Positions 39,996 through 48,013 of a stretch of 64,000 nt of DNA are shown here, piece after piece; position 1 is the first letter of the stretch; each line of letters begins with the position of its first letter. The notes beneath the pieces are model-generated. The model was given only the letters and a program-made list of their open reading frames with translations. It did not search any database and was not told the origin of the DNA. Source of the DNA: an uncultured Bacilli bacterium (lineage in GTDB: Bacteria; Bacillota_I; Bacilli_A; RF39; UBA660). The translations under genes were made by a program, and so were the position numbers. Location of the stretch: assembly GCA_934183155.1 (NCBI GenBank), contig CAKPSB010000003.1, positions 3,818-67,817 on the forward strand, written 5' to 3'.

Positions 39996-42755
39996 CTAAC
40001 TCCTAATAAATTTCCATTTTTGAGCATTACTCCTATTACAAGTATAACCCCAAACATTTGCGCCACTACTATTTCCAGATGCATCAACACATAAACCATC
40101 AATATTTTTAAACTCATAATAATCATTTTCAACATTACTTATATAGTAATGCCCACCATGATAATAATGAAAATTCCAAGTTACAATGTTAGTTTTAGAA
40201 GTGCTAGAATTACCAGCAACCCACAAATACTGACTACCATCTACTTGTGATTGAAAATTATAAATAATATTACTATTTTCTATTCTATTAGCCATAACTT
40301 TCCACTTTTGAGCACTTGAACTATTACCAGTATACATTTGAACATTAGTTCCGTTTGCAGCAGCTGCTCCATAAACATCAATTTTTAAATTATTATTTAA
40401 AGCTGACGCTATACTATAAGTATTAGTTGTCGTTGTAAATTTCTTACTACTATCATATAAAGTTCCACTTATAACTATAATATTATTATATAAAGTATTT
40501 TGACTATTTGTATTAGCACTTATATTTATAGAACTACCGCTTATACTAGTCTGACCTCCTTCAATAGTTATACCACCACTTCTAATTTTTTCTGAGCTAT
40601 AACCATTTTTTAAAGTAACATTATCATCAATATTAAGTATACCATTAGTATATATAAGTGACCCTGTTGCTTGAACACTATTACCATCCAAAACAATATT
40701 TTTTAAAGTAAGTGTCCCATTTTCAAAATCAACCATACTTTCATTAACAAAACTAGAACTTCTTATTAAAGAATAAGTTCCATTATAACTAGTTAAAGTT
40801 ATTTTTTTATTATCTGTTAAAATAAGCTTTTCAGTTATTCCAATATCACTCATCAAATGAATTGTCGCTCCATTTTTAGCACTATCATACGCTTTTTTAA
40901 TTGAATAGAAAGGATGAGACATAGTACCATCACCATCTAAATCACTTCCAGCAGAAGAAACATAATAATCACTCATAGCAATTTGACTTTCATCCTGTTT
41001 TATATGTCTTCCTTCAGAAACTTCTTTAAAATTAGAAGTACTATCAACTAAACTAAATGAATTACTATTACCAGCCACATATGTGTTATTTTGATAATAT
41101 TTTCTGCCATCAGCATAATAATGCCATACACCTATTTCTTCTAAATTATATTCTTGTCCTAAATCAACCGTAACACATTGATTAACATAATTATCAGAAA
41201 TTCCATCAACATACTTATCTTCATCATCAATTATTCCATCAACAACAGTACTAAACGTTCCAGTACCATGAACCGAACTAGTAGCAAAATCACCAGTCAC
41301 ATTCTTACCTTTAGCAACGTTTACGCCATCACTAATAGCTTGAATTTCAATCCAATGATTATTACCATTCACTGAATTTCCACCAATACAATTTTTTACA
41401 TATCTAACATTTTTTATTTTAGCACTATCACTTGTTGGGTTACTACCTAAATAAGAAATTTTTGCCATACCATCTTGACTATTAACACTACCCTGCATAT
41501 CCGTATTTATAAAATATTTATTTGAAAAATGAATAGTTTGATTTGTATGTACACCACTAATATTTATAGCATTAACCCCAGCATAGCCAGAAATATATGA
41601 AGATCCGCCGCCACCACCAGCATGCCATTTGGCACCAGAGCCTCCATAATATCCACTACCGCCGCCGCCACCAACGTGGCCATCGGAATAAGCTGCGCCA
41701 TTTCCGCCTTTACCAAAACTTCCAGCCGTTCCACCTGTACTATTAGCCTTACCACCTTTAGTTTGATAAGCCTTTAAACCAGCATAAGTATTTGCTACCA
41801 CATTAGCATAAACCTTTCCATTATTACCAATTAAAGTACCAGCTTCACCACCATGAGCTCCATTAGAATTATTAGACACGCCACCACCACCAGCAGCAAC
41901 CATAATTCTACTTTTTAAAGAAGTAGCATCATTCCAAGCACCTCCAGTTAATCTAACATCAGTAGCTCCACCACCACCACTTTTCGAAGAACTCCAACCA
42001 GTTCCACCACCATTAAAAAGATTTTCTCTAGTACCTGAAGCTCCTACATAAACATATAAATTTTGTCCTCTGTCTAAATAAACTTCTCCTTTAGTATAAG
42101 AGCCTAATCCTCCAGAATTGTCACTAGATCCACCTTGTGCACCCCAAAGCTCAATCTTATAATAACCTGGCATCTTCGTATAATATGTCTGAACATCACC
42201 TGTATACGTATACTCTTTAGTCTCTAAACTATTATCATATTTTGTATCAATAGCTATTGTTGCAAAAGTTCCATTTTTAAATTTAGCAAACAAACGGCCT
42301 TTATTTTTAATTATTTGAGCATCGACTTTACTAATAAAATCTCTTAAATCTTGTTTTAAAACAGCATCTTCTGTTGTTTTAACATAATCTTGAATAACAC
42401 TTAAATCTGATGAAGTGTAAATTAAAGTTTCTACCCCTGTTTGACTCATAATATTATCACAAAATCCAGTACTTTTAAGACCAATACTATCATTACAAGA
42501 ACCATTATTATAAACCATTAAATAAGGATTTCCTTTTATATAATTACCAAAAGGTTTATCCTGATTTTTTCTAAAATATTCACCTATTGATCCCAAATCA
42601 TAAACGCCCTCTACACTATTATAAGCATAACTGTTATTATAATTTATAACCAAATTTCTAAATTGAATAAATAAAAACATTAGAATAGTTAAAACAAACG
42701 TTGAAACTACTAATGACTCTGCTAATAAAAAACCCCGATTATTTACTCTTTTCAT
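39996..42755 (-). CDS. Giant (919 aa) prepilin-signal protein. It has a Gly-rich region, a beta-helix domain and a C-terminal ricin-B lectin. It is a putative pilus-displayed adhesin or carbohydrate-binding protein.
   Basis: N-terminus MKRVNNRG|FLLAESLVV… is a prepilin-peptidase site with Glu+5. Residues ~200-400 are GGxG-rich (GGGGSGYYGGSGAKWHAGGGGGSSY). The segment …DLDGDGTMSHPFYSIKKAYDSAKNGATIHLMSD… is a classic right-handed beta-helix cap. The C-terminus has QxW repeats (SAQKWKV…, NAQKWKFI), i.e. a ricin-type beta-trefoil. RBS AAAGGAG. Confidence 0.6.
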   Translation of the reverse strand: MKRVNNRGFLLAESLVVSTFVLTILMFLFIQFRNLVINYNNSYAYNSVEGVYDLGSIGEYFRKNQDKPFGNYIKGNPYLMVYNNGSCNDSIGLKSTGFCDNIMSQTGVETLIYTSSDLSVIQDYVKTTEDAVLKQDLRDFISKVDAQIIKNKGRLFAKFKNGTFATIAIDTKYDNSLETKEYTYTGDVQTYYTKMPGYYKIELWGAQGGSSDNSGGLGSYTKGEVYLDRGQNLYVYVGASGTRENLFNGGGTGWSSSKSGGGGATDVRLTGGAWNDATSLKSRIMVAAGGGGVSNNSNGAHGGEAGTLIGNNGKVYANVVANTYAGLKAYQTKGGKANSTGGTAGSFGKGGNGAAYSDGHVGGGGGSGYYGGSGAKWHAGGGGGSSYISGYAGVNAINISGVHTNQTIHFSNKYFINTDMQGSVNSQDGMAKISYLGSNPTSDSAKIKNVRYVKNCIGGNSVNGNNHWIEIQAISDGVNVAKGKNVTGDFATSSVHGTGTFSTVVDGIIDDEDKYVDGISDNYVNQCVTVDLGQEYNLEEIGVWHYYADGRKYYQNNTYVAGNSNSFSLVDSTSNFKEVSEGRHIKQDESQIAMSDYYVSSAGSDLDGDGTMSHPFYSIKKAYDSAKNGATIHLMSDIGITEKLILTDNKKITLTSYNGTYSLIRSSSFVNESMVDFENGTLTLKNIVLDGNSVQATGSLIYTNGILNIDDNVTLKNGYSSEKIRSGGITIEGGQTSISGSSINISANTNSQNTLYNNIIVISGTLYDSSKKFTTTTNTYSIASALNNNLKIDVYGAAAANGTNVQMYTGNSSSAQKWKVMANRIENSNIIYNFQSQVDGSQYLWVAGNSSTSKTNIVTWNFHYYHGGHYYISNVENDYYEFKNIDGLCVDASGNSSGANVWGYTCNRSNAQKWKFIRS

Positions 42756-42852
42756 ATTTTTTCTCCTTTGAAGATTGTTTTTATTCTAGAACTATTATAT
42801 AATATATTTAGGATAAAAGCTAGTCCCAAAAAGAATAAAGGAGCCTGATAAA

Positions 42853-44190
42853 ATGATAAGAAATTTTGATTTTGCAAAAATGCCAATAGTTGATGTAATA
42901 AATGAAATATTAACCGATTCATCTAAACGAGGAGCTAGTGATATTCACTTTGATCCATACGAAGAATATCTACTTATTAGAATTAGAATTGATGGTATTT
43001 TAATGGATTATGCTAAAGTACCAAATGAATATAGAGATTACCTTGTTACACGAATTAAAACCATTTCTAGAATGAATATTACCGAATCTAGACTACCACA
43101 AGATGGAGCCATCAAAGGAAACATTAATGGAATTGACCTAGACTTGCGTGTATCTGCTCTACCTGTTAGTACTGGAGAAAAAATAGTAATTCGTATTTTA
43201 GACTACAGCCGTAGTATGGCTGGTTTAGAGGAATTAGGGTTTAATGACGAAAATTATAAAAAAATACTTGAAATGATAAGTGTTCCAAATGGAATCATTT
43301 TAGTAACCGGAGCAACTGGTAGTGGTAAAAGTACAACCGTTTACTCAATGCTTCAATATTTAAATACTTCAGCAACAAACATAATCACTGTTGAAGACCC
43401 AATTGAAATGGACATAAGAGGAATTAATCAAGTTCAAACGAACTCTAAAATTGGCTTAACATTTGCCACTGCTTTAAGATCTATTTTAAGACAAGATCCA
43501 AATATCATCATGATTGGTGAAATACGTGATACTGAAACTGCCAAAATTGCTATTCGTGCTTCTATAACAGGCCACTTAGTTTTATCAACATTACACACCA
43601 ACACCGCTTTAAACACTATCGAAAGACTTATTGATATGGACGTTCAAAAATACCTATTAGCATCTGCTTTAGAAGGTGTTGTATCTCAAAAATTAGCTCG
43701 TCAATTATGCACGCACTGTCGCACACTAAGAAAAACAAGCAATTATGAAAAAATGATTTTCAAAACAGTTTTAGGTAAAGATGTTGAAGAAATATATGAT
43801 GTTGAAGGCTGTGAACATTGTCACGATGGCTATAAAGGAAGAATTGCCATCCATGAAGTATTAAGAATTGATCAAAACATTCGTGACGCTTTAAGTAACA
43901 ACGAAAGTAAAGAAAAAATTCGTGAACTTGTCTATGGTAGTGGTAATGTTATTACAATGCTTCAAGATGGTTTACAAAAAGTCATAGAAGGAAAAACTAC
44001 ATTTGAAGAAATATTAAAATTAATTGACCTTGAAGACGATGATAAAATTAGCAGTAATAGTTCGTTAAAAAATTCTATAATGGAAGCAAAAGAAGTTATG
44101 ACCGCAAAAGAAAAGAAAAATAATGAATCATTAGGCATCAAAGAAGAGAATAAAGAAATCTACTCAGCAGAAGACATTGAAACACTTTAG
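42853..44190 (+). CDS. Type II/IV secretion system ATPase (PilB/GspE/ComGA family)
   Basis: Walker A GATGSGKST. Asp box, Walker B and His box region (…TGHLVLSTLHTN…). Tetracysteine motif CTHCR…CEHCHDGYKGR. It is divergent from the pilin genes and ends at a bidirectional terminator (44221-44250). Confidence 0.85.
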   Translation: MIRNFDFAKMPIVDVINEILTDSSKRGASDIHFDPYEEYLLIRIRIDGILMDYAKVPNEYRDYLVTRIKTISRMNITESRLPQDGAIKGNINGIDLDLRVSALPVSTGEKIVIRILDYSRSMAGLEELGFNDENYKKILEMISVPNGIILVTGATGSGKSTTVYSMLQYLNTSATNIITVEDPIEMDIRGINQVQTNSKIGLTFATALRSILRQDPNIIMIGEIRDTETAKIAIRASITGHLVLSTLHTNTALNTIERLIDMDVQKYLLASALEGVVSQKLARQLCTHCRTLRKTSNYEKMIFKTVLGKDVEEIYDVEGCEHCHDGYKGRIAIHEVLRIDQNIRDALSNNESKEKIRELVYGSGNVITMLQDGLQKVIEGKTTFEEILKLIDLEDDDKISSNSSLKNSIMEAKEVMTAKEKKNNESLGIKEENKEIYSAEDIETL

Positions 44191-44220
44191 AACTTTTATA
44201 AGTTCTTTTTTTATAAAAAA

Positions 44221-44250
44221 AATCAGAAAATAAATTTCTGATCTTATTCA
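44221..44250. terminator. Bidirectional terminator
   Basis: aaaaaaaATCAGAAAtaaaTTTCTGATcttattc. Confidence 0.55.
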
Positions 44251-44708
44251 TATTTAGCAATAGCTTTAGCAACAACGCCTTTTAATTCGCCTTTAGTAAC
44301 TGCTGTAATTGTTCTTGTTTCACCAGCTTTTAAAGTATCACCAATATTACCTCTTAATGTAATAATAGTATTACCATCTTTATCTTTTAAATCAATATTT
44401 ACATCATTAATACTACTATCAGTATTTGCTGTATTTGTTACATCAGCTGTAAAAGTACTATAACCGTCCTTTGTAATTAAAGAAATATTAGTAAATTTTA
44501 AATTCTCATATACTTCCTCTTTTACAACACCCGCTTTAGTATTTGCTACCATTTCTTTTTTAGTATTCAAAACTAATTTTTCTTTTTTAAAGTTATTTGA
44601 TAAAGTAATACCAACAGTTAAAGCAATAATAGCGGCTAAAGCAACAATTAAATAATTTTTGTTTTTTTCTACAAATTCAACTACTTGTTTTTTTGAAATA
44701 TTCTTCAT
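44244..44708 (-). CDS. Hypothetical N-terminally membrane-anchored protein (154 aa)
   Basis: ORF track. One TM helix followed by a Thr/Asn-rich, probably beta-rich, domain. Confidence 0.35.
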   Translation of the reverse strand: MKNISKKQVVEFVEKNKNYLIVALAAIIALTVGITLSNNFKKEKLVLNTKKEMVANTKAGVVKEEVYENLKFTNISLITKDGYSTFTADVTNTANTDSSINDVNIDLKDKDGNTIITLRGNIGDTLKAGETRTITAVTKGELKGVVAKAIAKYE

Positions 44709-44762
44709 ATTCTCCCCTACCTTCTACAATAATTATAAGGGATATCTTTTATAATTTCAATA

Positions 44763-45209
44763 CTATAAATAAATTTTTAATTTATTTATATAAGTTTCAC
44801 CAAATTTTAATAAAGCTTTAGCCATATTTATAACCTTACTATCAACTTTGTTTTCAAACTTTCCAATATTTTTTGACAATTCTAAATTACCCATAGTTAA
44901 TCCCTTTATTAACATATCAGCAACACTAGCATCACTATTATCTTCTAATAATTCTTTATTAATACTTATTTTAGACATAGCTTTAGCCATAATATTCACA
45001 CCTTTAGCATCTAATTTGTGTTTTTTTAATAATTTCTCTGCTTCTAAAGAATATTTTTCATAATTTTTTTTAATTTCAAATAAAATATTTATTATCTTAT
45101 TATCTTTGTTTTTTAAAGCTTTCAATAAGTTTTCACTGCTTTGCACACCCATATTACAAGTCTGATAAATATAATTTAATAACTCTTCATTTTCATTCAT
45201 TTTCATCAC
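44763..45209 (-). CDS. Hypothetical all-alpha protein (148 aa)
   Basis: ORF track. No motif recognised. Confidence 0.35.
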   Translation of the reverse strand: MMKMNENEELLNYIYQTCNMGVQSSENLLKALKNKDNKIINILFEIKKNYEKYSLEAEKLLKKHKLDAKGVNIMAKAMSKISINKELLEDNSDASVADMLIKGLTMGNLELSKNIGKFENKVDSKVINMAKALLKFGETYINKLKIYL

Positions 45210-45276
45210 CCATTTTTATTATGAATAAATTTAAAAAAATTATAACTAAATTTATATTATTATAAAAAAAAGAGCC

Positions 45277-45993
45277 TTATAGCTCTACATTATGATATAC
45301 ATGTTGAACATCTTCAACTTCATCTAATAAACTTAACATTCTCTCAAAAGTTTCTTTGTCTTCGCCAGTTAAAGTAACTTTTTCTTTTGGAAACATACTT
45401 ATTTCGTCTAAATCAAATGAAACATCAGGTAATTTAGCCATAATAGCTTCTTTAATATTATTTAAATCATTAGGCTCCCCATAAACAACAACCTCATCAT
45501 TATCCGTTTCAATATCAACAACATCGACTGATGCTTCTAATAAGGCATCTAAAGCCTCTTCCTCTGAAAGTCCTTTAAAACTTACAAGACATAAATGATC
45601 ATACATATAACTAACACTACCTTGGTTACCCATTTTTACATGACATTTATTAATTACCGCTCTTACACTAGAAACACTCCTGTTAACATTATCTGTTAAA
45701 CAACTAACAATAGCTGTTGATCCAGCCGGACCAAAAATTTCATAATTAGCTGAAGTATAAGTTTCATCAGCCCCACTATTTACCTTATCAATTGCTCTAT
45801 TAATAATATCATTAGGAACTTGTTCCTTCTTAGCCTTTTCAACTAATCTTTTTAAAGTAGGATTACCTTCCAACTCTACACCACCATTACGAGCAGCTTG
45901 ATATATTTCTCTAGCATACATTGAATATAATTTTGCTTTAGCCGCTCCTGTTTTTTGAATACTTGCTTTTCTTACTTCATATGCTCTTCCCAT
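45277..45993 (-). CDS. yebC: YebC/PmpR family DNA-binding transcriptional regulator
   Basis: MGRAYEVRKASIQKTGAAKAKLYSMYAREI…. A terminator hairpin lies just downstream (45250-45275). Confidence 0.85.
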   Translation of the reverse strand: MGRAYEVRKASIQKTGAAKAKLYSMYAREIYQAARNGGVELEGNPTLKRLVEKAKKEQVPNDIINRAIDKVNSGADETYTSANYEIFGPAGSTAIVSCLTDNVNRSVSSVRAVINKCHVKMGNQGSVSYMYDHLCLVSFKGLSEEEALDALLEASVDVVDIETDNDEVVVYGEPNDLNNIKEAIMAKLPDVSFDLDEISMFPKEKVTLTGEDKETFERMLSLLDEVEDVQHVYHNVEL

Positions 45994-46676
45994 GTTAAAC
46001 TTCCCTTCTGCGCTTTCTTTAAAGCATTTTTAGCCGCTTCTTGTTCAGCAGACTTTTTACTATGTGAAACACCAGAACCATACACAATACCATCAATCAT
46101 TACGTTAACCGTAAATTTAGGATTATGTGAAGGACCTGTCTCACTAATCAAAATATATTCCAAACTCTTTTTATCAGTTTGAACACATTCTTGCAATAAA
46201 GATTTATAATCATCAAAGAAATCAACCTCATGATTTTCAATCAAAGGAATAATAAAATTATTAAAAAACTCTTTTACCTTATCTATACCTTGATCTAAAT
46301 ACAACGCTCCTAAAAAAGATTCAAATATATCTGAAACAATAGCCTTATTATATTTTCCTCCATTTTCAGCTTCACCTTTACCAAGCTTTAAATAATTATT
46401 TAATCCAAGTTTTTTTGAATATTCATAATTAGCTGTTTCACATACATAATGTGCTCTTATTTTAGTCATCTCACCTTCATCATACTTATTTATCTTATAC
46501 AAATAATCACTCATTAAAAGTTCTAAAACTGCATCACCCAAAAATTCTAAACGTTCATAACTTTTAACATTATGCTCATTAGAATATGAAGTATGTGAAA
46601 ATGCTGTATCATATAAACTTATATCATTAGGTTGAATTTTTAATTTTTTAAATAAATCCACTGCAATCACCTTCAT
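45972..46676 (-). CDS. rnc: Ribonuclease III
   Basis: ERLEFLGDAVLELLMSDYLY signature and a C-terminal dsRBD. Confidence 0.85.
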   Translation of the reverse strand: MKVIAVDLFKKLKIQPNDISLYDTAFSHTSYSNEHNVKSYERLEFLGDAVLELLMSDYLYKINKYDEGEMTKIRAHYVCETANYEYSKKLGLNNYLKLGKGEAENGGKYNKAIVSDIFESFLGALYLDQGIDKVKEFFNNFIIPLIENHEVDFFDDYKSLLQECVQTDKKSLEYILISETGPSHNPKFTVNVMIDGIVYGSGVSHSKKSAEQEAAKNALKKAQKGSLTWEEHMK

Positions 46677-46742
46677 AATTATACCATTTATTCAATCACT
46701 TTTAAAGTGCAAAATTAAAGAGAGCCTTAACCCTCTTTAATT

Positions 46743-47996
46743 CTATTTTTTAGCATTTAGTTTTTTGTCTCTATAAACTATAATACCAACACCACCAGCA
46801 ATAATTACTAAGCCTACACCTAAAATAATTAATGGAACACTAGCAGCAGTATTTGGAACATCAATATTAGTTCCACAATCCCATGCACCATAAAGTGTTA
46901 AATTATTATTTAAAGCAGTACCGTCAGTCCATTTACCAGTTAAATCATCTTTAGTAAACCAACCTTTAAATTTGCAATTTTCTTGTCTAGTAGTTAATTC
47001 ATTTTCTTGATCATATTTAGTACCTTTGTCAAAACAATTAGTACCAGGAGTTGGATCAGTCAAATTTGGATCAGGTTTAACATTACCAACAATAACATAA
47101 TTAACACAAACTCTTGGCTTATCAACTTTTGCAGTTAACTCAAATGATTTAGATAAATTATCATTGTCAGTATATAAAACTGCTAATCTTTGATAAGAAG
47201 AATCACTAGGTTGATAAATATACGCTTTAGTGTTTACACCATTTGCTGAAACAATAACTTTAATAGTAGTAGTTTGACCTAAAGCATTAGCTGGAATTTT
47301 AACTTGGAATTTTTCTCCAGCATTAAATGTAGTTTTAGATTGACCTTGAGTATTAGTAATTACTGTACCAGTAGGAGCTCCGCTGACTGCAACATTATAA
47401 ACTGTTGTACCAGTTAAAGTTGGAGCAATTTCATTTGAAACAAAGTAATTGCCATCATTAGATAAAATCATATTACTATTACTTACATTAACTGATAAAG
47501 TTGATGCAGCATTAGCTTTAGCTGTTTTAGCTCCAGCTACTAAAGCCTTAATGTTATCTCTAATGCCATAAGGATCAGCAGAATTAGTAGTAAAATCAGC
47601 ACTTAAAGCACCAGATTGACCAGTATCAGCTAAATACCACCATAAAGCACCTTGTGTAATAAATCTATCCAAATCATTATTACCTTTGATTGATTTATAA
47701 GGATAACCATTTTCTAAGATATATCTAATACCATTATCTGCTTCTTTAACTAAATTAACATTGGTTGTTTTTTCAGGCCATTTTTTTTCTACATCCATAC
47801 AATAAGCAACTTTGCCATCGTTAGTTCTAAATTTAGCCCATTTATAATTTTCTCCAATATAAGATACCATTACTCCTTCTCTACTAATAGTAGGATTTTT
47901 AGGAGCAGCACTTACTGTAGATACACTCGTAACAGTTAAAACTGCTACAAGTAAAAATGTACAAATTATACCATAAAGTTTTTTCATAGTTTTCAT
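46743..47996 (-). CDS. Surface adhesin with thioester-domain (TQXA) motifs and a Listeria-Bacteroides (Flg_new) repeat. C-terminal membrane/cell-wall anchor with a non-canonical VPNTA motif.
   Basis: Signal peptide. Cys motif VAYCMDVEKKWP and Gln motif FITQGALWWY. C-terminal …KFKGWFTKDDLTGKWTDGTALNNNLTLYGAWD… (Flg_new-like). The tail is …DVPNTAASVPLIILGVGLVIIAGGVGIIVYRDKKLNAKK (sorting-signal-like). Confidence 0.5.
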   Translation of the reverse strand: MKTMKKLYGIICTFLLVAVLTVTSVSTVSAAPKNPTISREGVMVSYIGENYKWAKFRTNDGKVAYCMDVEKKWPEKTTNVNLVKEADNGIRYILENGYPYKSIKGNNDLDRFITQGALWWYLADTGQSGALSADFTTNSADPYGIRDNIKALVAGAKTAKANAASTLSVNVSNSNMILSNDGNYFVSNEIAPTLTGTTVYNVAVSGAPTGTVITNTQGQSKTTFNAGEKFQVKIPANALGQTTTIKVIVSANGVNTKAYIYQPSDSSYQRLAVLYTDNDNLSKSFELTAKVDKPRVCVNYVIVGNVKPDPNLTDPTPGTNCFDKGTKYDQENELTTRQENCKFKGWFTKDDLTGKWTDGTALNNNLTLYGAWDCGTNIDVPNTAASVPLIILGVGLVIIAGGVGIIVYRDKKLNAKK

Positions 47997-48013
47997 AATT
48001 ATTCCTCCTTACT

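Noticed and set aside
47787-47797. A8/T8 homopolymer inside the thioester adhesin gene as a phase-variation switch
   Set aside because: Runs of 7-9 A/T are frequent throughout this ~28% GC sequence, including housekeeping genes. There is nothing to single this one out without population data.
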